From the NCBI RefSeq assembly GCF_009914755.1, contig NC_060937.1: 64,000 nt of DNA. One strand, 5' to 3'. Below are positions 12,547 to 25,150 of the stretch, in pieces (the stretch's first letter is position 1; each line of letters starts with the position of its first letter). Both the position numbers and the translations under genes were made by a program. Origin of the DNA: the human T2T-CHM13v2.0 reference genome, Homo sapiens. Under the pieces are notes generated by a model. It made no database searches. It was not told the origin of the DNA and saw nothing but the letters and a program-made list of their open reading frames with translations.

Positions 12547-14100
12547 TCTCTAGATGTGTTTATTTGTACATTTATTGTTGTATGTTGTGTTGACCAAAGT
12601 GGTTTATAAGTAAAAGAGTGCTCATAAATTGAAGAAGTCCTTCAGAATTTTTAGTATACATTTTTGTCTGGATTGTATATTTTTCTACCATTGTGACATG
12701 TAAATAAGTCTACTGAAAATAGATTTACATGCAAGATGTGTAAAGAGAGTAAAATGTGTCTTTAGTAAAAGAATATAAGAAGGCATGGTATGTAAATTTT
12801 TACCTAGTTCAGAGGGTTCAAGGATTGTTTTAAATTAGATAAGAAAGCTAAAGGCTCAAACAAGTTATGGAAGTTTTATAAAAATTAATCTTGTAAAAGG
12901 AATCCTGTGTGTGAACATATTAACTAAATTCAAAAAATCTATATTTGGTTTTCCACAAATTCAACACTGGAATAAAAGCACAACAAGGTTTTCTTGAGGA
13001 TTTGTCTGTAAGGTTTTATTTTTTTAAAAAAACTGGGGTGAAATTTGGCTTTCTCTTGAACAAGATTTTTGTGCAATGAAAGATTTGTGTTTGCCTTGTG
13101 AGTAAACTACTAACAAAAGGGAAGGACGAAAAAACAGATTATTTGGAAAACTAGGTCTTCCCTCTTAATGAGTAAATGCTTTTGCTTTTTAAAATAAATT
13201 TGAGTGATCATTGGCTAAATGAATGTCTTATGGTGACCTGAAATTCTATTAAGGGTTTTGAGCCTTTACAGATTCAAAATTGTCTTTCCTAACCCCTAAC
13301 TTTTGGATTCTACAGAGGGCCCCTGGAGTGTCCACAGGAAAGGTAAACAGGATTATTTGACATGTTTAGTTAAATAGGATTGTTGAAATAAGGTAGTGTT
13401 TGATCTTCAGGTTATATTTTAATGAAAAATGCTAATGTGTGTTCCAAAATTGTACAGGATTTCTAGAGTTCGTTCTGCTATCTGAGTTTGTGGTATCAAT
13501 CATAATTAGGATTATTGTGTTAGGTTATTGTAAATCACAGAGGTGACCAAATTCCTTTGTCAATTGTGTTTTTGACTGTGACTACCCTAGGACATTTTGA
13601 CATTCATAGACAATTGTCTTGTTTTGATCCTCTTCATAGGATGGATTATAACCCTCAAGTGCAGGTTTCTGATAACTTTGAAGATTGTGAACAGGAATGG
13701 ACTGGGTGAACTGAGCTACTGGAAGACGAATCTTTTTTGACTTTTTGCTATTTGCTTTTTCTTGGAACATTGCTAATCCTTATGTTCTGTTTTTCAGAAT
13801 CAAGGAAGTCTTTCTTTTGAGCTATTTGTAGCTTTTAACAATTGTAGGGTGAACCACCAGTGATCTCAGACTGCAACTCAGAGGAAACAAGGGATGTGGG
13901 CCATCAAACTCCAAATGGTCATGAAAATGGAGCCTCAGACAATGGCTCCTTTGTACTGGGGACCCTTAGATAGGCCTCTGAGAGAGAGAGACATTACTCT
14001 CGTTTTGCCAAAATAATGCCCCTTGTCAGCATGAAGCAGTTAAGAGCAGTCATCATCTCTATCCTAACAGCAGTTAGGTGTACCTCTTCAGAGGGGGGAA

Positions 14101-14368
14101 TGATGGCACTGACATTATGCCAGCTGCAGCACGGAGGCTCGACTGGGGCTGCATACTTCATGGAGCTCCTGGGTGGGGCTACAGCTGGCCAAACTGCAGC
14201 TGTGGATCCAAGCTTCCCTGTGCTCTTGGGGGAGCTGGGAACAGTCAGGATCTGCTCTCCCAGGTGCAGCTGCAGCTGCCGAACCTGCCACTGCAGACCT
14301 GGGCCTCCCCCTCCAGGAAGCAGGCAGGAGACAGGGACAAGCGGGAGCCCTGCCTCTTTCGAGTTCCA
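14101..14368 (+). mobile_element. MER52-family 3' LTR, largely deleted
   Basis: Begins tgatggca immediately after the PPT and aligns to the 5' LTR up to 'gggagccctgcctct'. Confidence 0.85.
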
Positions 14369-14372
14369 ATTC

Positions 14373-15350
14373 CATGTCTTTGCTGTTATGAGTAGTGCTG
14401 CAATGACCATTTGCATGCATGTGTCTTTGACAGAACATGTCTTTGATAGATTTATATTCCTTTGGGTATATACCCAGTACTGGGACTACTGGGTGGAATG
14501 GTAGTTCTGTTTTTAGGTCTTTGAAGAATCGCCACACTGTCTTCCACAATGGTTGAACAAATTTACACTCCTACCAAAGGGGCATAAGTGTTCCTTTTTC
14601 TCCACAACCTCGCCAACATCTGTTATTTTTTGACTTATTAATAATAGCCATTCTGACTGGTGTGAGATGGTATCTCATGGTGGTTTTGATTTGCATTTCT
14701 CTAATGATCAGTGATGTTGAGCTGTTTTTCATATGCTTGTTGGCTGCATGTATGTCTTCTTTTGAAAAGTGTTCACGTCCTTTGCCCACTTTTTAATGGG
14801 GTTGTTTGGTTTTTTCTTGTAAATTTATTTAAGTTCCTTATGGATGCTGGCTATTAGGTCTTTGTCAGATGCATAGTTTACAAAAATTTTCTCCCATTCT
14901 GTAGGTTGTCTGTTCAGTCTGTTGATAGTTTCTTTTGCTGGGCAGAAGCTCTTTAGTTTAATTAGATCCCATTTGTCAATTTTTGCTTTTGTGGCAATTG
15001 CTTTTGGTGTCTTCATCATGAAATCTTTGCCCGTTCCTATGTCCAGAAAGGTATTGCCTAAGTTGTGTTCCAGGGTTTTTATAGTTTTGGGTTTTACATT
15101 TAAGTCTGTAACCCATCTTGGGTTAATTTTTGTATATGGTGTAAGGAAGGGGTACAGTTTCAATCTTCTGCATATGGCTAGCCAGTTATCTCAGCACCAT
15201 TTATTGAGTAGGGAGGCTTTTCCTCATTGCTTGTTTTTGTCAGCTTTGCCAAAGATCAGATGGCTGTAGGTGTGTGGCCTTGTATCTGGGTTCTCTATTC
15301 TGTTCCATTGGTCTATGTGTCTGTTTTTTGTACCAGTGCCATGCTGTTTT
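14373..15350 (-). mobile_element. L1PA ORF2 3' part, right half of the split L1
   Basis: ORF2 peptides on the minus strand (14571-14789 ...[11 protein letters not shown]; 14825-15163 ...[13 protein letters not shown]). Confidence 0.92.
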
Positions 15351-15794
15351 GTTAGAATTATAATTCTCAGGGTTGACAAAGAATTAATCCAATAGAAATT
15401 TTTCAACATATAACAAAAGTCATAAAAATAATCTCTGTTGACCTGGCAAATCTGCTTGTAGATTTCTACACTAGAGAAATAGAGATGTACATAAATATGT
15501 ACCAGGAAAATCACCACAGTTACTTAGAACAGCAAGATACTGAACACATTTGAGATGCTTCAAAATACAGGAATGGTTAAACAAATTGTGTTCCATTTAT
15601 CAAACTGGATACCATTCAGCCCCTAAAACTTATATTTTGTTTTATGGATAAGTTATTATTCTATCTAGAGCTCAGTTTCTTTCTACATATGTATAATAGG
15701 AAGAACAGTTTTCTTGAAAGTATAAAATGAGAGACTATATATAAAGCAACTTATAATGCCTTACACAGTTGTGGCTCTAAGTCATGCACTTAAA

Positions 15795-15990
15795 ATAATA
15801 ATAGCAGTTGACATTTATGAAATGCCAGGTTCAGACTCTGTGTTTGCATGTATTGTTCCATTTAATCTTCAAAACCACCTTATAAAGTTAGGAATGACAA
15901 TCTCCATTTCACAGAAACTGAAGGGCAGAGAAATTAAAGGAACAAGGCCAAGTTCAACTAAATGCATAACAAAAACTAGTGGAGACATGG
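15795..15990 (-). mobile_element. MIR
   Basis: 'catttaatcttcaaaaccacc...ctccatttcacagaaactgaagggcagaga' matches the antisense MIR core. Confidence 0.65.
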
Positions 15991-16679
15991 AAGATGCAGA
16001 GATGAAATTGTACTTGCAGACTTCAATGTTATACTATCAGGTTTCAGGGGCTTTTGAAGACCCACTGAGCACAGTAGACTGCTAGGTTGTGGTCTCAACC
16101 CCCACAAAAGACCTTGCCCAGTGCTTACCTTTCTTATATTTAAAAATATTATATTATATTGCAAGCCCAAGCCCAGGGCGTCTGTTTCCTTCCCTCCTCC
16201 CTGCCTCTCCTCTCCTCTTTATGCACACACATACGTGTGTGCATGTGTGTGTGTGTGCGCACATGCACCTGTGTATGTTAGCCATTCCAATGTTAACATT
16301 TTTTTCTTAATTAGTAGCTAATATTTTTAAAGTTAGGGGATTCCACCTGTAAACGTGGTGTTCTGGGGCCCCACTGCTGTGGCACGTGGCTTGCAGCTGG
16401 GCAGCAGCTGTGGATGGGCGTGGCCCTCCACTGTGCTTCCTTGAGCTGTACTTTGCTGTCGGGTGGCTGCTAGGCCCCTGCAGGTGTTTAATTTCTGATA
16501 CAAATGACAATCCCTCAGGTCCCATTTAGCTCTGACATTTTGTGGTTCTGAGGTGAGACTAACTAACCTATAAAGAAAACGTGCCCAAAAGAAAAGGCAA
16601 TAGATTTGTTCTCTAAGGAACTGCTATTAAGACCCAAGGGTAATTAATCCCAATTGTCTCACCAAAGAATTTTTCTGAG

Positions 16680-17345
16680 TTATTAATTTTTGTTGTGATA
16701 AAAAACACATAACATAAACTTTGCTATCTTAACTGTTTTTGAGTTTACAGCTCAGTGGCATCAATTCCATCACATTGCCATGCATATCACAGTCCCTCTC
16801 CTGAACTTCTTCATCTTGCAGATCTGAAACTCTGTACCCATGAACAATAACTCCCTGTTCTCCCCCGCCCCAGCCCCTGGTAACCACCATTCTACTTTCT
16901 GTCTGTATGAATATCCCTACTCTTGGTACCTCGTATAAGTGGAATCACACAGTATTTGTCCTTTTGTGACTGACTTATTTCACTTAGCATAATGTCCTTA
17001 AAGTTCTTCCATGTGGTACCACGTGACAGGATTTACTTCCTTTTTAAAGCTTCCCTTGTATGTATACACTACATTTTTGTTATCTATTCATCTGTTGATG
17101 GACATGTGGGTTGCTTCAGCCTCTAGGCTATTGTGAATAGAGCTGATATGAACATGTGCATATTTGCACACGATGTGTAACTATCTCTTGAGATTCTGCT
17201 TTCAGTGCTTTTGGACAGATATCCAGAAGTGGAGCTGCTCGGCCATGTGGTGATTCCATTTTTAATGTTTTTAGGAACTGCCATACTGTTTTCCATAGCA
17301 GTCGCAACATTTTACAGTTTCACCAACAGTGTGCAAGGGTTTTCA
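16680..17345 (-). mobile_element. L1MB 3' end
   Basis: 'cccagcccctggtaaccaccattctactttctgtc', 'ataagtggaatcacacagtatttgtccttttgtgactg' and further L1 3' sequence. Confidence 0.88.
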
Positions 17346-17410
17346 GAGTTTTTGAAGGATGGAAATTTCATGTTATATAAACCGTTTCAAAGTATATAAA
17401 CAGACGGTAT

Positions 17411-17886
17411 TGAGAGGTGACAGCGTGCTGGCAGTCCTTGCAGCCCTCGTTCGCTCTCGGCGCCTCCTCTGCCTGGATTCCCACTTTGGCGGCACTTGAG
17501 GAGCCCTTCAGCCCACCGCTGCACTGTGGGAGCCCCTTTCTGGGCTGGCCAAGGCCGGAGCCGGCTCCTTCAGCTTGCAGGGAGGTGTGAAGGGAGAGGC
17601 GCGAGCGGGAACCAGGCTGCGCGCAGCGCTTGCCGGGCCAGCTGGAGTTCCGGGTGAGTGTGGGCTTGCCGGGCCCCGCACTCGGAGCGGCCGGCCAGCC
17701 CTGCCGGCCCCGGGGAATGAGGGGCTTAGCACCCGGGCCAGCGGCTGCGGAGGGTATGCTGGGTCCCCCAGCAGTGCCAGCCCACCGGCGCTGCGGTAGA
17801 TTTCTCGCAGGGCCTTAGCTGCCTCCCTGCCGGGCAGGGCTCGGGACCTGCAGCCCGCCATGCCTGAGCCTCCCCACTCCCCGTGG
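17411..17886 (+). mobile_element. LTR12C (ERV9) 5' fragment, truncated
   Basis: Canonical start tgagaggtgacagcgtgctggcagtcc. CpG-rich U3 that stops at 'cctccccactccccgtgg'. Confidence 0.92.
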
Positions 17887-17999
17887 CGGGGGGGGGTTCT
17901 ATTTTTCAGGGTTCTAGAAATGCTGTGAAGCTGTTTTTAATTTACAAATAATTTTTTCTTATTACTCTATTTTTTTCTTATTACTTGTGTATTAAGTAT

Positions 18000-18900
18000 G
18001 TGACCTTCCTACCTGGGCCTTAGTTTTCTTCACCTTATTGTTTGAGCGATTACACAGACAACACATGAATGCATTCTACCAAAAATGTCAAATAATGGAG
18101 AATTATATAAGTAATAAATAATGGAAGTTCCCTGGTGAGCCATCCCATGCCCCATCCCTCTTTCCTCCACAGGGGTAACCCCTGTTTTGGTGGCTTTTTT
18201 TTGTTTTTTGTGCACTGACATACGTATTGTCTGTGGACACATCTAAATTTAAAAGAATGTTATTAGGATCACAACATGCGTATCATTCTGCAGTGGGCCA
18301 TGGTTTTCTTATTAAAGCACTAAATTAATTGAGCCCTAAGATATGCATTTCTTTTGTTCCTAGGTAAATGAATATTCAGGCATTTGGTGTTATTGTTGTT
18401 TTCAATCATCCCATAAAGAGAATTTCACTGTGTTTTCTTAGGACCAGTAGGAACACAGTGTTTATAGTTTTCCCTGGTGTAGCCATTCCCTCTGAATACA
18501 TTCATTACTTCTTGTATATTTTTGGTTGATGCCCTTGGAGTTTCTTTCTATACAGTCATGTAATACACAAGTAATGTGAAAAAGTCTATTGCGATTATTG
18601 ATAAAGTTATATACGTTTAAGCTATTTAAATTAAAAAATTTTTTTTGAAATGATCAAATAGTAAATCTGATCTTTTGGGGGGTCATACAGTTCTGTGGAT
18701 TTTAGCACATGAATAGATTTATGTCTCCACCACTGAACACCAGGTAGGATGCAGAGCTCTTCAGTCACCCCAATAAGCTCCCTTGTGCTAGCCCACGGCA
18801 GTCCCTCGGGCCCTCAACCCGCAGTCACTCATCTGTTCTCCATTTCTGCGGTTTTGTCTGTTGGAGGAGGTCATATACATGCGAGATAATAAAGCACAAA
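18000..18900 (-). mobile_element. Old L1M (L1MC/ME) 3' fragments
   Basis: 'atacagttctgtggattttagcacatg...caccac', 'cactcatctgttctccatttctgcggttttgtc'. Confidence 0.55.
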
Positions 18901-20248
18901 GTTTTTCACAATCTGGACTTCACCCATCTCTCCAGTGAATCATTTGGTTTTAGCTTAATCCCACTTATCCTTCAAAACTCATGTCGAATGTCATCTCTCT
19001 GTCACCTGTCCCGGGACCTCTGTACTCTGCCGGTAAGTTGATTCAGGCGCCCTTTCTCTGGGCTCCCATGATATCCTGCACGTGCTTCTAATCTAGTGCT
19101 TTTCACATGCCAGGTATTATTATGTCTCCTGTTAGACTCCATGCTTTGTGGAGGCCGAGATTATGCCTTATTCAAATTAGTTTCTCAATTGCTTATATAT
19201 ACATATATTTACATATGTTAGTTTGTAACATGTAAATTAACAAATTAGTTTCTCAATTGCATACATATATTTACATATGTATATACATATGAGAATTGTA
19301 TATATACATATATTTACAGTATATACAGTATATATATATACTGTGTATACATATGTAAATAGTAATTGTTTACTAAATATATAATGAATAGATAAATAAT
19401 TAAGGGAGATACTGAAGATGGTGGCTCCCAACTGTGAGTGTGTGGGTGCCAAAGCTAAGAGCAAATAAAAGCAACAGTATCTGGAAACTTGCAAAATACA
19501 AGAATTTGAGGTTTCTTAGGAAAAAAATCACAAATAGAAAGGCGTGCCCAGATTCAACCATTTACTAGATATTATAAGTCCACACACATAGATAGCTCAA
19601 TACAAATATTCTAGTAAATATTTATACCCAATAGCTAGTTTCAGTAGTAGCCAACAGTGTTGGGTTAGGAGTCGTGAATTTTCCAGCCAGCTCTCATCTC
19701 TGTGGCTGTAAGGGAGGAGTTCTGGAACCACCTCTAGACTCAGTGGGATGGGGTGAGGGGGCTCTAGATCCCTGACCTCAGCTTTAATCAGAGTCCTGCT
19801 TTTGTTTGTTTTCAACTTGAAGAAAGAGTTCCACTGCTTAAAAAAAATACAAGTGTGAGCGCCACCACTGGAGGCCTGTGGCACATGCAGTCCACATCCA
19901 TCCTTGATGTGCCAACTTCCTCCCGATTCACTTTCCCTGGGGTATTCTTCAATTCCACCATTGTCTTTGGCATTTGATTCTATTCACTGTTAGAATCCAC
20001 TCTTACCCTGCTCTTGTGAATTTCAGCCACGTTGTGGAAACTGCCATGAGTTTGGATGTTCTCTGGGGTCTGTCATGGGAATGTGGTCTGCAGCCATCTC
20101 CTAAAACTCCTCCACTAACCACGAGGCACTCAAACTGCCCCTTTCAGAGCCCTTTGCCATGAAAACTCTTCTTGATGGATAATTATGTTAGCTATGAATA
20201 ATCTTTTCTTTTATTTATGCTGTTCATTTTTTGTTATTTGTTTATTAC

Positions 20249-20541
20249 TTTTTTTTTTTTTTTTTAGGGACAGGATGTTGCTCTGTTGCCCAAGCTGGAG
20301 TGCAGTGGTGCAATCATGGCTCAATGCAGTCTTGAATTCCTGGGCTCAAGAGATCCTTATGCCTCAGCCTCCCTAGCAGCTGGGATTGCTTTTAGGCTTA
20401 GCTTTTTGTTTGTTTGTTGTAGAGATGGGATCTCACTATGTTGTCCAGGCTAGTCTCAAACTCCTGGCTTCAAGTGATCCTCCACCCTTGGCCGGCCTCC
20501 CAAAGAGCTGGGATTACAGCTGTAAGCCACCTTGCCCAGCC
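20249..20541 (-). mobile_element. AluJ
   Basis: Antisense Alu with J diagnostics (gcaatcatggctca...ctgggctcaag; tctcactatgttg). Confidence 0.88.
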
Positions 20542-21759
20542 CATTTTTCACTTATTTATAGTGTTCATTATGTAGCACAAAAGTATGAGACTTATAAATA
20601 ACAGGACCAGTATCATCTGAATTCCAAAGTCAAATGTAACTCTCAACTATTGTAATTTGAATGTGATGATGATACACTCATAGTATCTTCAACCCACAGT
20701 GCCTAATTCTGAGTGGGAAGGAGGAGAGGCCAATGATCACCTTCAAAGGAGGGTGACAAGGGAGCAGGAGGACAGGGAGGGGCTAGACACAGGTGATGAG
20801 GAGGAAAACAGCTTCAGCAAATGTGCGAGTGTGGGAGGACAGAAGTCAAGGAAGTTCCCGTCCAGAGAGGTATCTCCCGGCAGGGACATCCTGGGGGGCA
20901 GACCAGGTCGAAGCCATGACAAGGAACAAGATGTGATACTTCTGGTGGCTGGTGGAGGAGTCGGGTGCAGGTCAGTGGAATTGAGGAGGTCAGGGCGTGA
21001 GGCTGCTGGCCAGGGGGACTGGCAGTGTGGGGTTTGTGGCCAAGCAGCCTCCTAACACCCTCAGTCAAGTCTCTCAGTGCTATTGAAGTTGCTTAAAAGC
21101 AAAACTGCCTTTCTTAATAAAAAGTGTCCTTTTATTTATATTTATAAAAAGTTTTTATTTTATTTATAAAAAGTAAAAAACTTTCCACTACACCGTGTTT
21201 CAGCTTCTGTGGCTGACCCAGCTCCAGGAGGAGGCCTGCTTGATTAGAGACTAGGATAAAGAAAGGCCCTGGGCAATGAAGCAGCTGGGCTCCCCAGCGG
21301 TGGGCCTGTGGGAGACTTGCCTCGGAGGGAACCTCAGCTCCCCGAGGCGCGGGGGCACAAACTGAGCAGACCCAGGAGCCAGTCCTGAGTGAGGGCTCCG
21401 GGAAGATGGAGAACAGGTGCTGCAGAGACTGTGGCTGGAGATTAGCAAGGAATGAAGAAAAAAGACTCCTTTACAGCAGGAAGGGCCCTGCCGATATATG
21501 ACTGATACTGTGTTTAATTGCCACAATTTGGCACTTTCTTCAAGGGAGTTTTCTGCGGGTCTGTGTGGTGACAAAACCCATGGTGTACTCTGCTGATGAG
21601 TGAAGGTGGAGGTCCGTGGAGTTGAGGAGCCAGGCTGCGGCGAGTTGTGTGTCCGTGGTTATCAACAGGGATGTTTTGGCCAATTAGGAGCGAGGCCAGT
21701 TGGACAGTTGATAATTGAGAGTTATTCAGGTGTGAACATTCTTATTTAAAAGGGTAAGC

Positions 21760-21990
21760 GTATCAGCAGCCCAGGGCTGCTATAACAAGGTCCCACAAAC
21801 TGTGTGGCTTAAAACAGCAGGAATTAATTTTCTCACACATCTGGAGGCCAGGAGCCTGAGATCCAGGTGTTGGCAGAGCCACCAGTCCCCTGAGACTCTG
21901 GGCTGAGTCCTGTGCCTGTCCCTAGCTCCTGGTGGTGGCCATCCGTCCCTGAAGTTCCCTGCTTGGAGCGGCATCACTCTATTATCTGCC
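21760..21990 (-). mobile_element. MLT1 (MLT1C-like) LTR fragment
   Basis: 'agggctgctataacaag...cacaaactgtgtggcttaaaacagcaggaatt...ctggaggccaggagcctgagatccaggtgttggcagagcc'. Confidence 0.8.
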
Positions 21991-22399
21991 TTTTTTTTTT
22001 TGGTATGGCATTTTAATTTTTTTCCTAGAATAATTCTTGTCCTTTCTGTGTTTGCTGGCTGGCTTAGTTTTTTTTTTGTTTTTTTGTTTTTTGTTTGTTT
22101 GTTTGTTTGTTTTAATGTACCCTTCACTAATCCAGCCCCATACATTCAAACAGACTATAAAACTCCTGTCAGTGGTCCAATACTTCAGATAAGCTACCAC
22201 TCCATTTTTTTTCTGGCAGTACCGCCCTCTGTCTCCCTGTCCTCCTCTCCCTCTAGGCCACTTCCATAGCCGTCTTCCTGTCACTGTCATCCTGGAAACC
22301 TCCCTTGCCTCTCACCTCTGTTGGATACCGTGATTCAAGAACCCATGTCTTCCTGTCTCTGGGTGACTCCCCCGTTTTGGTGGAGAATATACTCCAAGA

Positions 22400-25150
22400 A
22401 GTTCCTGAGAAAAGGTGCATGAAAGATCCATTTTTTTTTGAGACCCTTTAGGTACAAAAGTACCTTTAAAGTCACTCTTGATTGATGGTTGAAGGCAGCA
22501 ATCATCCTCCAGATCATACTATGACTGTTGAGAAGTCTAATGTCTTTCTGGAACCTCTCATCAAGTTCACTGAGTCATTCCTCAGCTCGTGTTCAGGCTA
22601 GCAATTCATCCACTGAAAGAATTATTTGATTTGATATCATGTTTCTAAATTTCTAGCTTTTTCATTAGATTCTTTCTTACGGTTTCCATCTCTGCTGAAA
22701 TTCCTCATCCCTTCATGCCTGTTGTCTACCTTTTCTACTGGATCTTTTAACAACTTAATCATAGTCTGTATTTATTTACTTGTTTATTTTTGAGACAGGG
22801 TCCTGTTCTGTCACCCAGGCTGGAGTGCGCTGGTGTGATCATAGTGCTCTGCAGCCTCAAACTCCTGGGCTGAAATGATCCTCCCACCTCCATCTCCCAA
22901 AGTGCTGAGATTATGGGCATGAGCCATTGCACCGGCCTTCGTCTGTATTTTAAAGTCTGTGTGTGATAGTTACCGAGTTGGAGTTTTGTTGTTCCTGTCA
23001 TTACCTTCAGTGCACCGTGGGTTTCAGATACCCCTGTGACAGGCTGCTGTCATGCCTGGTGCTTAGAGAGGGACTCAGGAGCCAGAGGGTTTTCTCAGTG
23101 TTCTTGCTTGCTCCCTTTCAGCGTTCGGCCATCCCTATACCACAGCACACAGGGGGCTCTCTCTGCTCTTGGCCCTCCCAGAGCAGTAGATTGCTGTCGT
23201 TTGTTACTCAGAGCTGGACTTGCGGTGGGGGCTTGGCGGGGCTCTCTGTTGTCCTGTTTCAACCTCGGTCTTAGGCAGGCCCTATGCACCTGGGCCTCAG
23301 GGACGGAGCTTGTTAAGCATTCCTTCCCCTTCTCCCCTTGGCCACCATGCTGCTTGTATCTGCATTTGGATTTGGGTGGGAGTTTTCTCCCCCACCTCCA
23401 TCACCTGCAGACCTCTTCCTGTTGTAAATGTAGGATCCTGAACCCCAAATATGTTCTCCCGGTCCCCCAGTGGTATAGGGTTTTTGCTTCCACCATCCCC
23501 CAGCAGTGACCCAGCCCTTTGTCTGCATCCTGGGAGGGGCTGTCTCACCTCTCTCCTTGAAGCAGATGGGTCTGGCCTCTACTCTTTCCCCAGAAGCAAC
23601 AGGCAAGAGGGTCTACAGTCCCTGCACCAGTAGCTTTTACGTCTCAGCAGGGAAGCATCCAAGGAAGTGGGAGGGGGTACCTGCTCCTCAGCCTTGCCGC
23701 AGCCTCTGTGCTCCTGCCCTCTTCCTGTGGTCTGTGTGTTTGTAAGGATTCACTGTGGAGCCCATGGAAATGAGCTCACCAGTAAGCACAGACTCTCCTT
23801 GCACCACAGGCACTGCATGTGCTTGCCCCCACTTGGCCTTTAAAAACGTGTTAAAATTTTAGCCAATTTCTTCTTACCCAATCGGCAACAATCTCTCTCT
23901 TTGTCCTCTGCTCCACCAAAGGTTTGTGTGTCCATCTCTCGTTGGAGGGGCTGATGCCTCTTTGAAATCCAGTTTACTTGGTTGCCTTATGAACTTAGTT
24001 CTCTTAGGGGCTCAAGAAACGTTTATTTTCTCATCTTTACAGTAGGGAAGACACCAGTGCTGCTTTCTACATCCTAGGCAGACGTGACTTCTTCCAGTGC
24101 TATTTCAACTCCATGTCCTTTGTGTCTGACCTCATTTGTCCTTCCTGAAAGCATTTAGGATCTTCTCTGGAATGATGATGTTCTAAAGTTTCAACACAAT
24201 TTTTCATGGTGTCAGTCAGTCTGTTTTTATTTATTGGGAAATTTTTCTTACCTCCATTTTTTCCTTAAGTCTGCTCTACCTAGAACTCTAATTTTGGACT
24301 TCCTGGATTTCTTATTCGATTTTTAAAAATATTTTTTCTCCTATATCTCAGAGCTCATTTATCTTTTTTGTTCTGCTTTCTGGGAGATCATTCTTATCTT
24401 ATCATCCTATCTAAACAGAGAGAGAGATTTCCTTAAATGCCTGAAGCCAAAAGAGAGGCGGAAAACGTCCTTCTCGGATTTTGCCGCTTGATTCAGAGTA
24501 GGGCACTCCTTCGGTGCTAGCCAGGCCACCTGTGACTTTACTGTGGCCTTCACATCCTGCTTTGTAGACTTCCCCCCTACACTCCAGATCCACCAGACTG
24601 TATTAGTCCCTGGCACCAGCAAGCTGCACCAGGAATGTGGCCACCATCCCCAAAGCCACTACCACTAGGGGATGGGACCGTAGTCAGGTAGGGGAACGGG
24701 CCACATTGCTGTTTTATTGAAATCCAGCTGCCTTTTCTTCATTTTTCAGTGCCTTGGTTGCTACAAATTTCAGATTAGATTCCAGAGTCCCCCAAAAGCT
24801 GATACCAACAGTCTTTGGCAGCTATGGCTGTTTCAGTGGAGGGACTTTTTCTTTCGGTGCCCGAGTCTTCCTTGACTGTGATGTCATGCCTCTATTTATT
24901 TTGTACATTTCTGCTCTCATACTTTTAACTTCTCAGAGCTTATCTTGTTTTCTAAATGTTCTATTTTCATAACATTTCTTTCTTAGTTCATGAAAATGAT
25001 ACCCATCTTTGAGGATATTAATTATAGTGGAAGGTTTGGGGATATTTTATTTTCTTGCTTCCTGAATTGTTTTTTTCCTCTGATTTATTTTTTTCAGTTT
25101 GTTTTATCTTTTCCTTTAAGAGCATTCTTGGAGAATGCAGTTGACTGTTA
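22400..25150 (-). mobile_element. Old L1M 5'/ORF1 fragments (patchy)
   Basis: T-rich antisense L1M phrases. 24720-24880 resembles the L1M4/L1MC 5' end ('ttggttgctacaaatttcagattagattccagag...gtggagggac'). Confidence 0.45.
22775..22937 (-). mobile_element. FRAM/FAM-type Alu monomer
   Basis: Single Alu arm. TSD gtctgtattt on both sides. Confidence 0.8.

Larger units (their letters stand above)
7402..14368 (+). mobile_element. Degenerate ERV1 provirus, MER52 LTR / HUERS-P3-like internal region
   Basis: 5' LTR 7402-8502 (TG...CA, AATAAA at 8364). PBS at 8506-8523. Gag remnant DLGKFSDDPDRYIEAFQ at 9542. Protease-like ...GRRMDLLLD (ORF 10246-10491). Env tail AIKLQMVMKMEPQ near 13900. PPT cagaggggggaa. 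Partial 3' LTR 14101-14368. ATTC TSD at 7398-7401 and 14369-14372. Confidence 0.88.

Noticed and set aside
19173-19280. ~45-bp imperfect direct duplication (caaattagtttctcaattgc...) next to an AT-rich tract
   Set aside because: Ordinary slippage duplication in low-complexity DNA.
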